This document shows, in pieces, positions 43,101-53,954 of a stretch of 64,000 bases of DNA (position 1 is the stretch's first letter; the number at the start of each line of letters is the position of its first letter). Below the pieces are notes generated by a model. It saw only the letters and a list, made by a program, of their open reading frames with translations, did no database searches and had not been told where the DNA came from. This DNA comes from Candidatus Scatovivens sp. GTDB taxonomy: Bacteria > Bacillota > Clostridia > TANB77 > CAG-508. The stretch covers positions 64,001-128,000 of the forward strand of contig JAZRKN010000011.1 in NCBI GenBank assembly GCA_045646345.1, written 5' to 3'. The position numbers and the translations under genes are program-made.

Positions 43101-45243
43101 AACTAAAGTTGATGGTGCAGAAGCTGTATTAGATGGAAATACTTTAGTAATAACAGCTGCAGAACTAGATAGTGAAAAAGAATTAGATATTAAAGTAAAA
43201 TTAGAAGTTTTAAAACTTGCTTCTAATAATAAGGTAAAAGGAAAAGCAACATTAGAAGCCAAAGATTTATCAGCAGTGTTAACAGCTGAAACAGAAGAAA
43301 TTGGAGTTGCAGCGGCTGAGATCGAAGTAACTCATAATAATAATTTAGACATTGAAACAGAACCTGATGTTTATGAGGTTGGTAAAAAAGTAGAATATAG
43401 AATATTCGTTATAAGCCACAAAAAAGGTGGATTGAAAAATGTAGTTGTAACAGAAGAACTTCCAAAAGAATTGAACTTTAAATCAGCTTCAATTATGGGA
43501 TTTGCAGAAGATGGAAGAACAGCGATAGAAGTTGGTAAAGGAAGTTTTGATGAACAAACAAGAGTTGTAACATGGAATGTTCCTGAAGTTACATCAAGTG
43601 CTATGCTTATGTTAGAAGTTGAGACTGCAAATTTAGAAGAAAATTCAACTTTTGCAAGTGCAACAACAATAGTAAAAGCAAAAGCAGATGGAACAGCAAC
43701 ATATGAATCTAATAAGATAACTACAAGAATTGGTAAACCAGTATTAAAAGTAACTCAAACAACAGAAAATACAGATACATATATAAAAGAAGGAGAAAAA
43801 ATTAAATACATATTTACTATTAAAAATGAAGGTAAAACTGTTGCAAGACATGTTAACTTAACAGAAATAATACCAGATGGTATAGTTGTTGAAAAAGTAA
43901 ATTATGTAGTAAATGGAATACCAGTTACAAAAAGAGTTACATCTAATAAAGAAGTTGTTATATCAGCAAGTATAGGTGCTGGTTCAGAATTAGTTGCCAC
44001 AGTAAGCGCTGTTGCAGCAGGATTACATGGTGTTCAAGAAAAAACAATAACAAATTATGGTACAGTACATGCTGACAATGTTGAAGAAATTCAATCTAAT
44101 AGTGTTACTCATATAGTTGAACAATCAGATAAGAATGCAGCAATTTATGATGAGGCTGATGGTGGAATATCAACAACAATAAATTATGATGGAACAGTTT
44201 CAAATGTAAAAACAAATATATCTAAAACATATAGAATATCAGGAACAGCTTGGTTAGATGCAAATAAAAATGGTATGAAAGAAGATGGAGAGGAATTATT
44301 ATCAGGAATTTCAGCGAAATTAGTTAATAGTGAATCTGGTCTTATAGTAAAATCAATCACAACAGACTCTAGAGGTGAATATACATTTTCTGGAGTTGAA
44401 AATGGAAATTATTTAGTAGTATTTGATTATGATACTGTTAAATATACAGTAACAGCTTATCGTAAGGATGGAGTTGACGATAGTGCAAATTCAGATGCTG
44501 TTACAACAAAACTTGAACAAGGTGGAAAATTAAGAAATGGTGCTATTACAGACGTTGTTACAGTAGCAAACGGAAGTGTTTCTGGAGTTAACATCGGTTT
44601 TGTATATGCGGATAGATTTGATTTGAAACTTGAAAAAACAATAACAAAATTAACAGTTCAATCTGTTAAAGGAACAAATACAGATAAATACGAAAATACA
44701 GATTTGGCAAAAACAGAAATTGCAGCTAAATACTTAGCTGGTTCAACAGTATATGTTGAATATGAAATGAAAGTAACTAACATGGGAGATGTTGCTGGTT
44801 ATGCTAAGAGAATTATAGATTACTTACCGGAAGGAATGACATTTAATTCTTCACTTGAAGCTAACTCAAGTTGGTATACAGGTACTGATGGAAACATCTA
44901 CTCAACAGGATTAGCTGATAGAGAATTAGCTCCAGGAGAAACAGCAACAGTTAAATTAGTATTAACAAAACAAATGACAGATGAAAATACAGGTATCGTA
45001 AACAACTTGGCTGAAATTTATGAAGATTACAACATTTATGGTATTTCTGATTCAAATTCAACACCTGCTAATAAAGCTCAAGGTGAAAATGATATTGATG
45101 GAGCCGACGTAGTAATCTCAATTAAAACAGGTGAGGTATTTATAAATATTTCTGTAATCATCACATCAATGTTGTTAGGAAGTATAGTAGTATTTATAGT
45201 TTATAATCATATTAGGATATCAAAGAAGAAAGGGGGTGTTTAA
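40147..45243 (+). CDS. Giant secreted surface protein with DUF11-like and SdrD-B-like domains
   Basis: GGGAGG RBS; signal peptide ending AYA; DUF11-like repeats; ISGTAWLDANKNG; C-terminal IKTG, TM and basic tail. Confidence 0.85.
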   Translation: MLKNKILEKLLAIILIFTLTFANFAFVTEAYASSFAESILGLTSDTGHKNIGFTAYFGTEENDEASVICDVNKEDLTIGMSLSVQDSGYLKDAKIAIVETEEGNGLNFKIKSQEELGEYVQAIEDNVVILQQINSSSEDVKIQVPIEYKNESYVNESKLSKEALIAFSGIYVDNEGEEKEVSKKIYLTVNWEDSRKVKVETTAEKYIDFGSGIILQTLVKVDSTTDGNTLPAKESEVIITAPTIGDKAPNSVYVVANSTTGTNGKNVGEVIFSEENWNYNPEENKLTIKVNNEKQLVEVNEFADEYLQEADQEVVKEERYFSGTGIDEYLVTYTYMDSEITEEAVTVSSNIEAKLTTLSGNYRNENINIVTNDDENKNHEYLLEGKIGDLVSLNIENETEEVSKAYTYVNYNNSNKHEIELITETMVNISYTEIIESLTVEDVENTYKDKSGNAIANDDLYYKQISIAKENFVEILGEQGEIKVMDISGTVIGVINNESEVNDEGRITVGFENKYPRLNFEMTKPVKEGNIVIKSVKAMSNSSVEKSTFANLESINTKSVLKAKYNYVQDKVEVGTLNVATRLIDTTTKAVLAMDRESLSTLEMNENVEIRIELNNASAKSDVYGHSVFEIDLPESIESLEITNSSLLYAEGLSITSVEAIDRKLVITIDGVQEGINSGVLTNGTNIVLNANIKVNLYTPAKSEKMTLRYTNQEATNYEADGINELEVNYSAPTGLVVVNSISNYDNNGSVLASVRQGEKVDLIDIYAEAKVATMEIIVMNNNGNTVSDLAILGRIPFKGNKDIATGDELGTTSDTKLIGALVSDERIKEQFTIYYSENGEATKDLTDSANGWTPTPESFDKIKSYLIVPIEENYEMQDTEILRFTYQYEIPANLTHNEKFYGTFSAYYTNNSEVAVTEEQAIPDKVGLTTGEGPELSLVMSVDKNSLREGEELEVSIIAANVGNCKAQDVKVKFEIPNSTKYIETKVDGAEAVLDGNTLVITAAELDSEKELDIKVKLEVLKLASNNKVKGKATLEAKDLSAVLTAETEEIGVAAAEIEVTHNNNLDIETEPDVYEVGKKVEYRIFVISHKKGGLKNVVVTEELPKELNFKSASIMGFAEDGRTAIEVGKGSFDEQTRVVTWNVPEVTSSAMLMLEVETANLEENSTFASATTIVKAKADGTATYESNKITTRIGKPVLKVTQTTENTDTYIKEGEKIKYIFTIKNEGKTVARHVNLTEIIPDGIVVEKVNYVVNGIPVTKRVTSNKEVVISASIGAGSELVATVSAVAAGLHGVQEKTITNYGTVHADNVEEIQSNSVTHIVEQSDKNAAIYDEADGGISTTINYDGTVSNVKTNISKTYRISGTAWLDANKNGMKEDGEELLSGISAKLVNSESGLIVKSITTDSRGEYTFSGVENGNYLVVFDYDTVKYTVTAYRKDGVDDSANSDAVTTKLEQGGKLRNGAITDVVTVANGSVSGVNIGFVYADRFDLKLEKTITKLTVQSVKGTNTDKYENTDLAKTEIAAKYLAGSTVYVEYEMKVTNMGDVAGYAKRIIDYLPEGMTFNSSLEANSSWYTGTDGNIYSTGLADRELAPGETATVKLVLTKQMTDENTGIVNNLAEIYEDYNIYGISDSNSTPANKAQGENDIDGADVVISIKTGEVFINISVIITSMLLGSIVVFIVYNHIRISKKKGGV

Positions 45244-48200
45244 TATGAATATGACTAAAAAGCTTTCAATAGTATTTTTAATAGTAATATCAATATTAAG
45301 CACAGCCTTTCTATATAAATCAAATGCTGTACAAGAATATAGTGGGGCGTTTGGAGATGAAAATAGAGGATTCGTTTATTATGAAAGAGAAAGCCATGTA
45401 AAAGGTGAGTATAATAATGAATATAACGGATTTGAATTTACAACTCTAAATGAAGATATGAGAGGTAGATTGATTATTGAATCAGTTCGTCAACACTCAT
45501 ATGATGGTGGAAACTATATACCACTTAGTGACTTGTATGATTTCTATGATGTTTTATGTTGTCAAAAGGGAACAAAATTACCTAGTGAAAATGAAACATA
45601 TTTAGTTGGTAATAGTGGAGATAGATTGCCATTATCATATCCTCATTTAACTCAAAATGATGTTGGAATGTTAACACCAGAACAAGAAGGTAAATTTCCA
45701 TCAAGTATATATAAAAGTTTAACTTTAGGTTTTTATGTTCCAGAAGAAGAAGTAATAGCTGGACCAAAAGAAGCTTATATATTAGCTGAAATGGTAAAAG
45801 AACTTGAAGGTGCAGTATTTTACTATGATTTTGTAACTGATGCAAATGGAAATAAAGTAAGATATGAAGGATCATTAGAGGCTGCAGAAAGATTTTATAT
45901 AGGTGATGAAGAAATATATATAGTAGAAAAAGAATATGTTGTAACATTACCAGATGGTGAAAACGTAAGAGTTGAAGGTGTTAGTGATGGTAGAGGTGGA
46001 ATTGTTTATAAATATAAAGAAGGACACTATAAAAATCATTATGAAAAATATGAAGGAAAACTAACTTGGTCTGATAGTAAATTGGGAAGTGGTGGAACAT
46101 ATCCTTCATTTGAATGTACAAATAGTAGTTCAAGTGTTAATACAGGAGTTGTAAGAGACGATAGTGTTGTTGCTCCAGGAACACCAATTTATGTAACAGG
46201 AAGTAATATAGTTGTTAAAGATGGTGATGTGTATTATAGAGCAACTATAGAAGGAAATAACAGTTACATTCAGCTTGCCTGGTGGACTACAGTTTATCCT
46301 GAATCTATTGGTAACCTTGTTGCTGATACAGCATTCTCTCAAGAAGCAGATGCTTTTGAGGCATATATATTAGCAGCTGCTGGTGGTGTGACTAGAGAAG
46401 AATTAAAATATAGAACAGAAATTGTAATTGATGAAAAAACTGGTGAGGAAAAAGAAATTGAAAATGCTTTTGACATCAAATATGAACCACAATGGATTAC
46501 TGAAGAAGTTGGGGATTATGATTATGAAAATCCTGTAACAGTTTTTGAAGAAGATAAACAATCATTATTAGTAGGACCATTTGGATTAGACTATATTGAA
46601 GCAAGAGCTCAATTTGGTGGTAGACCAGAAGTAGAATTTGCAGGAATTACTGGAATGGAACTTTATACAGATGCTTCTGATGAGCCATTAGAACTTGATA
46701 TTGACAAAAATGATGATAAAAAAGGTGATTGGGAACTTGTATATATAGAAGGAGGAAGAACAGAAGAGGAATCTAATGATGAAAAATATCCTTTAATATA
46801 TCCAAAATCAAATGAACCATTCTATATAAGAATTTTTGATGCTGATAATGGTACTCAAATTAAAAATATTAAAGTACACTTTAGATTCATGAATGCAGCC
46901 GGAAGTTGGCAAAAATTAAATGGTAATTATTTTGAAGCAACATGGAGAACTGTTGATGAAGATGGAAATGAATACCATAGAGCATGGGATGTGTATAAAC
47001 CAGAACCACAATATGATGAAGAAGGTAATTTTACTGGTTATGAATCAGTATATGATCATACAGAGCATAGATATTGGTTAAAATTGCATAATTTATTACA
47101 ACAACCATCTCAAGCATTAGCACTTGGTATTAAAGGTGCTAAATGGTATAAAACTACAGAACTTGAAAGAAAAGTTGGAATCAACGAAGGTAAAGTAGTT
47201 GTTGAAAAAGAATTAGTTGATGCTGGTGGAAAACCAATTGAATCAATTGACGATGATGATAAATTTACTTTTGAAGTGACAGTGACTGGAGCAAAAAACT
47301 CTGATACAGAAATTTTAAAAGTAAAAGCAGGAGATTCAGTAGAATCTCAAGTATATTACTGGATGGATGGAGAAGAAGCTCCAACATATGAAGTAAAAGA
47401 AATTAAAATTCCAGATGGATATAAATTAGTTTCTATAGAAAATGCAACAGGAAAATTAAAACCATTTGGAAAAGAACCAGTTCCAGTAAAAGCAATAAAT
47501 GAGGTAAAACCAAATAGTGGTTCAATTAATGTAATTAAAGTAATGGAACCAACTAATATGCCTGGAACTACATTAGTAGGTCAAACATTTGACTTTAATG
47601 TAAAAATTAGCGGAACATTTACATATAATGGAGAAGAAATTATAAACGGATCTAAAGATGTTCCAATAACTGTTACAGCAGGAACTGATGCAGGATCAGC
47701 AACACCAGTTACAGTAGGACCTGTTTATTGGTATGGTGATGAAGCACCAACATATGTAGTAACAGAAAATAAAAAAGAAGGAGCTCAATTAATTTCTATA
47801 AATCCTGACACAGGAAAATTTGTTGCAAATCAAGAAATACCTACAACAGTAACAGCAACAAATAAACAAGAAATTGAAAAAGCTTCAGTAAGAATTATAA
47901 AAACATTAAAAGGATCTAGTGAATTTACTAGAGAATATATTGAATCATTAGTATTCAAATTTGCTCTTAATGTTGATGGACATGAAAAAGAATCAATAGT
48001 ATTAAATACTCCAACAAGACAAGATGAAAATGGAGATTGGGTATGGGAAGGAGTTTCTAGTGAATATACTTGGTTATATGGAAACAATCCAAACTATACA
48101 ATTTCTGAGGTAGAAGTACCAAAAGGAACAACATTCAATAGTGGAGAAAGTACAGTTTCAGGAACATTAAGAAGTAACAAACAAGAAAATTATGAAGTTA

Positions 48201-51200
48201 AAAATAACATTATAAACAATGTAACAGATTCAAATTCTAAGAAAATCAAAATTACTAAAGTAGTAGAAGATGCTGATTTAGTAAATAAAGATTATAAATT
48301 CTTAGTAATTGTAAAAGGTGTTGCATTTAGATATACACATACAGACGGAACAACATATAATTGTAACTCAGATCAAATGATGCAAATATATGATGGTGGA
48401 GCTGTTGTATTAGATGCAAATGCTGATTATGATTATGAAAAATTTATAACAGTAAATGCTGCTTCAACAGATGGAGTAAATGGTACAGGAACTAAAGAAA
48501 CAGGAACATTTACATGGTATGGAGATAAAGCTCCAAACTACATAGTAAAAGAAACTTTACTTGGTCAAGATATTGCTTCATCAGTAGAACCTTCAGAAGG
48601 TAGTTTAGCTGCTGGAGAAACAGATACAATTGAAGTAACAGCATGGAACAGAGAAATTGAAAGAACAAGAGGTGGATATATTCATATAATTAAAACATTA
48701 GAAGATGCAGAAAAATTCTCTATTGAATATATCAAATCTTTAGTGTTTAAATTTGACATAGAAGTTGAAGGATATAATAAAACAACAGTAGCGTTAGAAC
48801 CAAAACTTGTTGATAATACATGGGTTTGGGAATACACTTCTGAAAGATATTCTTGGAAAGATGGTCAACCAGCTCCAAGTTATAAAATAACAGAGGTTGA
48901 TTTACCAGAAGGAACAGAGTTCTTAAGTGCTACAGGTCCTGAAGGATCAACTGTATCAGGAACAACTGTAGAAGGTAAATTAAAAGAGAGTGTTTCTCAA
49001 GAAGTATTAATAACAACTGATAATAGCTTTATCAATAAAGTAAATGGACCTCATTCAGATGAATTAATAATCGAGAAAAAAGTAACACATGAGTCTTTAA
49101 ATGGAAAAGAATTTAAGTTTGATGTAACTTTAAAAGGTACATTTGAATATAATGGAACACAATATACAAATACAGAATTTGTTGTAGAAGATATTGTTGT
49201 AAAAGGAGGAGAAAAATCATCTCCAATTAAAGTTACATGGTATGGAGAAGTAGCTCCAACTTATGCGGTGACAGAGGAAGATTCTGAAATAGCAAAACAA
49301 GTATCAATTCAAAATGGTGCTGGTTCATTTAGCTATGAAAAAGAAGGTTCACAAGTTGCTACATTTACTACAGTTACGAACGAACCAAAATTAGTTGGTG
49401 GTCAATTAATTATCACTAAAAATATTGATAATGGTTCTGTAGATAAAGCATTCTTATTTGAAGTAAAAATAGGAAATGAAAATTCTCCAAGTTTCACAGT
49501 TTCATTAAAAGCTGGAGAAATTTATAAATCTGATATGTATAAATGGTATATTTCAGAAGAAGCTCCAAAATATTGGGTAAGAGAAATTAATCCAAACGAT
49601 GGTTCATCTTCTAACTTAGGATATGAATGGCAAACTGGACAATTAAGTTCAACAGGAGATGCTGTTGTATCAGTAGACTATATAAATACATATGTAGATC
49701 AAACAGGTAAATTTAAAGTTAGAAAAGTTGTATTAGATGAAAAACTAATAGATACATCAAAAGATGCAGAATTCAAAATCAAAGCAACAGTTACAGGTAC
49801 ATTCAATATAACAAAAGATGATGGTTCTGTAGTTGGTGTTAATAATGGTTCAAGAACATTTGATATTACTTTAAAAGGTGGAGAAACATTTACATCTCCA
49901 ACAATTACTTGGTGGGGAAATGAAGCTCCAACAGTTACTGTAGAAGAATACAGTATACCATTTGGATGGAAAAATCTAGGTATATCAAACAATGGTACTT
50001 CATTAACAGAAAATGAAGAGGTAGAAATTGTTGTAACAAACAAATTACCAGTATATGTAGTTGTTGATTTAACAACTAAACTTGGTGGTACTGTTTGGGT
50101 AGATAGACCATTAGATGTAAATGATAAAAATACAGAAAATTCTACTCCTAACGGAATCTTAGATAGAGGTGAAAACAGTACAGATATTGCAAAAGAAGGC
50201 GTAGAAGTATATGTATATAAAGTTGTATTTGATGCTAATGGAAATCCAATAAATGATGTTGAGCCAGAACTTGCTAAAATATATAAAGACTTAAACAATA
50301 CTGAACTTGCACAACCAATTATTACTGATAGCTTTGGTAGATGGGATGCTCCAAGAGTGAAAATTCCAACTGTAACTGAAGAACAAAAAGCTAATGGTTG
50401 GAGAGCATCATATGATATTAGATTCGTATATGACGGTCAAACATATGAACCAACAACATATTTAGCAACAGCTGGTGGAGATGCATCTAAATTCTTAAAT
50501 GAAACTACAGCAGGAAAAGATAAATTTGCAAATGACTCTATGGCTTTAGATATAGATAGAGCAATTGTTAATAGTAGAGTAGAAACAATAAAAGGAAATA
50601 GTCCTATAGCTGGAAATGGTGAGACTGTGGGTACTGCTATTGCAAGTGATGGAACAGAATCAATCTTAAATTACAAATCAAAAGAAATATCTGGAGATGC
50701 TGTAAGAATAGATGGAGAAGTTTCAAAAATTAAATCTGAATTAATAACAACAGATGAAAATGGAATTGCATTAGATTTATTTAAAACAACTGCAACAACA
50801 GGAAGTACAGGATTAACATTCCCATTCTATAAAGATACACAAAGTTGGAATGGATTTGTTCTACTAAATGAAAATACTACATTAACAGAAATTGGAGTTG
50901 AGCAAGCATACTTATTTGAAGCTGTATATAACTACTGTTTAAATATTAACTTAGGATTAGTCGAAAGACCAGATGCAGACTTAGGTGCTGCAAAAGACTT
51001 ATACTCAGCAAAAGTAACTGTAAAAGGTGAATCTGATGAAACAGAATACTATTCATATAGATTTAACAAATTATCAGATATCGATGCAGATTACTATACA
51101 AGACAATTACAAGAACAAGCAGTAACAGCTGAATATACATTAGGTCTATATAGTACAGATTACTACTATAGAGCAGAAATGTATAATGCAGCAAAAACTG

Positions 51201-53914
51201 ATTTATTTGATAAATTAGTAGAAGCTAAAAAAGATATTACTACAGTTTTAGATGCAGATGAAATGGAAGTAGAATTAACATATAGAATAGTTCTATACAA
51301 CGAATCTGGAACTTATACAGAAGTGGTAAAATCTTTAGTAGATTATTATGATGCATCATTTGACATCAATGATGTAAATGAAATTGTAATAACAGATAAA
51401 GCAAAAGATGGAAATGTTATCTCATGTGTAAAAAAAGACGGAGATAAAGGAATTGTATCTATAAGAAAATACAAAGAAAATCCATCAGATTCAGAATATA
51501 AACAAGATAAACAAACATTTAATGCACTTGTTATTGATGACTTAAATATTGAACTTGCAAGTGGTGAATTTAAAGAATTGTTTATGACTGTAAAAGTTGA
51601 TAAAGCTACAATAAAAGGTGTTCATGACACAATTATTGCTAGTAGAAAATCAAATATTGCAGAAATCGGAAGTTACACAACGAAATATGCTGATGGAACT
51701 TTAGCTGGTAAGATAGATAAAGATTCAGCACCAGACAATGCTAATATAAGAGATTATAATTACAATGGATGGTATGAAGACGATACAGATTCAGCTCCAG
51801 TATTATACTTAACTGTTGCAGAACAATTAAGAACTGTTACTGGTCAAGTATGGGAAGATAAAGCTGAAGCTGATACAACAGTTGGAAACGGAATTATAGA
51901 TTCAGATGAGGCTATAATTAATGGTTTAACAACACAACTTGTTGAAAAAATCACAGTTAAAGAAACATTAGAAGATGGAACAAGTGTAGAAAGAGATTAT
52001 GACTTTATTTGGCCAACAAATAAAGGTTTAAACAGCTTAGGTGGAAAATCAATTAAAGATGTAACTGGATTTGACAGTACAATTGAATCAGCTCCATTTA
52101 CAGATGAAACTACTGGAGATGTAACTCAAGGTGCTTACAAATTTGAAGGAATTCCAAGTGGTAAGTATGTAGTAAGATTCTTATATGGAAATGATAAAAC
52201 AGAATTAGATGATAAATTAGATATAACAGCTGATCCAGTAGCTGTAGATGCTTCAGGAAATAGTTTCTCTGGAACAGAAAACATATTAACTGCTAACTAT
52301 GATAATGACTTAGAAGGTGAAACAGCAGCAGTTTATAATGGTCAAGATTACAAAGCAACTGTTTACCAAAAAGGATTTGCTACAGTAGATGGAAATGGAT
52401 ATATCAATAATAGATATCATAACTTAGAAGATCAAGCGTTAGCTGATGCAAGAGTATCAGATGCTAGAGATAGCGAAGCTAGAAGATTAGAAATTACTGC
52501 TAAGTCTGAAACAATTACTAATACAAATGGTAATATCTTAGCTACAGCAAATGACAAAGCAGCAGATCATTCAAAACTATATAAAGAATATTATATGTTT
52601 GCTGATACAGCTATATTAGACTTAGATCTAGACAATCCAGCAGAAGGCGTAATCACTGTAAATAATATTGATTGTGGTTTAATTGAAAGACCAGAAACAG
52701 GAATAATATTAGACAAACAAATAAGCTCAATCAAATTAATTACAAATGACCAAAGAGTAATCTTTAATGCTGATTATGACATTTCTTATGAAGTAACAAA
52801 TAGAAAAGATGGAACAATAATTTCTGAAGTAGAAGATGGAAAATATTTAGTAGCAAATGTAACATTAAAAGAATCTTCAATCGGAACAGACGTAATGCAA
52901 GCATTAAATAAATTTGAAAATAAATTACCTGGAGAGGATAATCAAGGAATTCAAAACTTCAGATTTATAAATGTTGATGATACAATATTACATGGTGCTA
53001 CAGTAGAACTTAACTATCAAATGACTGCATTAAACATGAGTGAAGTTGATTATACAAGTGATTTCGTAAATAAAATTTTCGAAGAAGAAATTGCAGCTGA
53101 CTCAAATGAAAGATTAGAATTAGTTAAATTAGCTAAAGAAGCTAAAGAAAATATTTCTAGATCTGATGTAGCATTAGAAGTTGGTAAATATTTAGGAACA
53201 TCATATTACACTGGAAATATTGGAAACGATAAAGTAGTTACAACAAGAGTTCGTCAAGTTGTTGATTATGTTGATAATGATGCAGTATTTGCAGCTCAAT
53301 ATAATAATACAAAAGATCATATGTGGAGACCAACTAATATAACAGAACTTTCAGGAAATGGATATGATTTTGATAGAATATTAGATAGAGCCGTATTACC
53401 AGCATATAGTATAATGGATAAACACGGAAGAGAATACATAGCTGATGGAAAAACAAACATTATATTAAGTGTTGATACTGTGGGAACATTAGAAACAACA
53501 AGTGATAACTCAGGATTTGAAAATACATTAGAACCATATGCGTACTACTTAGCTAATAAAGATGTAGATGCAGAAGCTGCATTTAAATCACAAATTGCTT
53601 TAATGGTATCAAAAACAGTATCTGCCCAAGATAAAGACTTAACATATGATAACTTAGCAGAAATTGTTAAAGTACAAAATACTGCAGGTAGAAGAGATGT
53701 GTTATCAATACCAGGTAATGCAAATCCAAAACTTGGTGAGTTTACAGCATCAATTCAAGAAAGAGATGCTAGTGCTACAGAACTTGTAACATTTACTCCA
53801 CCAACAGGTATTAAAGCAGAAACACCTATGACTACTCAAGTATTAATCGTTACACTAGTTGCTCTAGTAATAGTTGCAGTTGGTATCGTAATTATTAAGA
53901 AAAAAGTATTATAG
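45236..53914 (+). CDS. Giant adhesin: predicted thioester domain, CnaB-like repeats and SdrD-B-like domains
   Basis: Signal peptide; LCCQKG...IQLAWW; repeated K...APxYxVxE...N domains; GxVWxD motifs; PPTG, TM and KKK. The start may be the ATG at 45245. Confidence 0.85.
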   Translation: MFNMNMTKKLSIVFLIVISILSTAFLYKSNAVQEYSGAFGDENRGFVYYERESHVKGEYNNEYNGFEFTTLNEDMRGRLIIESVRQHSYDGGNYIPLSDLYDFYDVLCCQKGTKLPSENETYLVGNSGDRLPLSYPHLTQNDVGMLTPEQEGKFPSSIYKSLTLGFYVPEEEVIAGPKEAYILAEMVKELEGAVFYYDFVTDANGNKVRYEGSLEAAERFYIGDEEIYIVEKEYVVTLPDGENVRVEGVSDGRGGIVYKYKEGHYKNHYEKYEGKLTWSDSKLGSGGTYPSFECTNSSSSVNTGVVRDDSVVAPGTPIYVTGSNIVVKDGDVYYRATIEGNNSYIQLAWWTTVYPESIGNLVADTAFSQEADAFEAYILAAAGGVTREELKYRTEIVIDEKTGEEKEIENAFDIKYEPQWITEEVGDYDYENPVTVFEEDKQSLLVGPFGLDYIEARAQFGGRPEVEFAGITGMELYTDASDEPLELDIDKNDDKKGDWELVYIEGGRTEEESNDEKYPLIYPKSNEPFYIRIFDADNGTQIKNIKVHFRFMNAAGSWQKLNGNYFEATWRTVDEDGNEYHRAWDVYKPEPQYDEEGNFTGYESVYDHTEHRYWLKLHNLLQQPSQALALGIKGAKWYKTTELERKVGINEGKVVVEKELVDAGGKPIESIDDDDKFTFEVTVTGAKNSDTEILKVKAGDSVESQVYYWMDGEEAPTYEVKEIKIPDGYKLVSIENATGKLKPFGKEPVPVKAINEVKPNSGSINVIKVMEPTNMPGTTLVGQTFDFNVKISGTFTYNGEEIINGSKDVPITVTAGTDAGSATPVTVGPVYWYGDEAPTYVVTENKKEGAQLISINPDTGKFVANQEIPTTVTATNKQEIEKASVRIIKTLKGSSEFTREYIESLVFKFALNVDGHEKESIVLNTPTRQDENGDWVWEGVSSEYTWLYGNNPNYTISEVEVPKGTTFNSGESTVSGTLRSNKQENYEVKNNIINNVTDSNSKKIKITKVVEDADLVNKDYKFLVIVKGVAFRYTHTDGTTYNCNSDQMMQIYDGGAVVLDANADYDYEKFITVNAASTDGVNGTGTKETGTFTWYGDKAPNYIVKETLLGQDIASSVEPSEGSLAAGETDTIEVTAWNREIERTRGGYIHIIKTLEDAEKFSIEYIKSLVFKFDIEVEGYNKTTVALEPKLVDNTWVWEYTSERYSWKDGQPAPSYKITEVDLPEGTEFLSATGPEGSTVSGTTVEGKLKESVSQEVLITTDNSFINKVNGPHSDELIIEKKVTHESLNGKEFKFDVTLKGTFEYNGTQYTNTEFVVEDIVVKGGEKSSPIKVTWYGEVAPTYAVTEEDSEIAKQVSIQNGAGSFSYEKEGSQVATFTTVTNEPKLVGGQLIITKNIDNGSVDKAFLFEVKIGNENSPSFTVSLKAGEIYKSDMYKWYISEEAPKYWVREINPNDGSSSNLGYEWQTGQLSSTGDAVVSVDYINTYVDQTGKFKVRKVVLDEKLIDTSKDAEFKIKATVTGTFNITKDDGSVVGVNNGSRTFDITLKGGETFTSPTITWWGNEAPTVTVEEYSIPFGWKNLGISNNGTSLTENEEVEIVVTNKLPVYVVVDLTTKLGGTVWVDRPLDVNDKNTENSTPNGILDRGENSTDIAKEGVEVYVYKVVFDANGNPINDVEPELAKIYKDLNNTELAQPIITDSFGRWDAPRVKIPTVTEEQKANGWRASYDIRFVYDGQTYEPTTYLATAGGDASKFLNETTAGKDKFANDSMALDIDRAIVNSRVETIKGNSPIAGNGETVGTAIASDGTESILNYKSKEISGDAVRIDGEVSKIKSELITTDENGIALDLFKTTATTGSTGLTFPFYKDTQSWNGFVLLNENTTLTEIGVEQAYLFEAVYNYCLNINLGLVERPDADLGAAKDLYSAKVTVKGESDETEYYSYRFNKLSDIDADYYTRQLQEQAVTAEYTLGLYSTDYYYRAEMYNAAKTDLFDKLVEAKKDITTVLDADEMEVELTYRIVLYNESGTYTEVVKSLVDYYDASFDINDVNEIVITDKAKDGNVISCVKKDGDKGIVSIRKYKENPSDSEYKQDKQTFNALVIDDLNIELASGEFKELFMTVKVDKATIKGVHDTIIASRKSNIAEIGSYTTKYADGTLAGKIDKDSAPDNANIRDYNYNGWYEDDTDSAPVLYLTVAEQLRTVTGQVWEDKAEADTTVGNGIIDSDEAIINGLTTQLVEKITVKETLEDGTSVERDYDFIWPTNKGLNSLGGKSIKDVTGFDSTIESAPFTDETTGDVTQGAYKFEGIPSGKYVVRFLYGNDKTELDDKLDITADPVAVDASGNSFSGTENILTANYDNDLEGETAAVYNGQDYKATVYQKGFATVDGNGYINNRYHNLEDQALADARVSDARDSEARRLEITAKSETITNTNGNILATANDKAADHSKLYKEYYMFADTAILDLDLDNPAEGVITVNNIDCGLIERPETGIILDKQISSIKLITNDQRVIFNADYDISYEVTNRKDGTIISEVEDGKYLVANVTLKESSIGTDVMQALNKFENKLPGEDNQGIQNFRFINVDDTILHGATVELNYQMTALNMSEVDYTSDFVNKIFEEEIAADSNERLELVKLAKEAKENISRSDVALEVGKYLGTSYYTGNIGNDKVVTTRVRQVVDYVDNDAVFAAQYNNTKDHMWRPTNITELSGNGYDFDRILDRAVLPAYSIMDKHGREYIADGKTNIILSVDTVGTLETTSDNSGFENTLEPYAYYLANKDVDAEAAFKSQIALMVSKTVSAQDKDLTYDNLAEIVKVQNTAGRRDVLSIPGNANPKLGEFTASIQERDASATELVTFTPPTGIKAETPMTTQVLIVTLVALVIVAVGIVIIKKKVL

Positions 53915-53921
53915 AATAAAT

Positions 53922-53954
53922 AAAAAGGAGTCCTAGAAATAGGACTTCTTTTTT
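53922..53954 (+). terminator. Intrinsic terminator
   Basis: ggagtccta-gaaa-taggacttc plus T-run. Confidence 0.88.
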
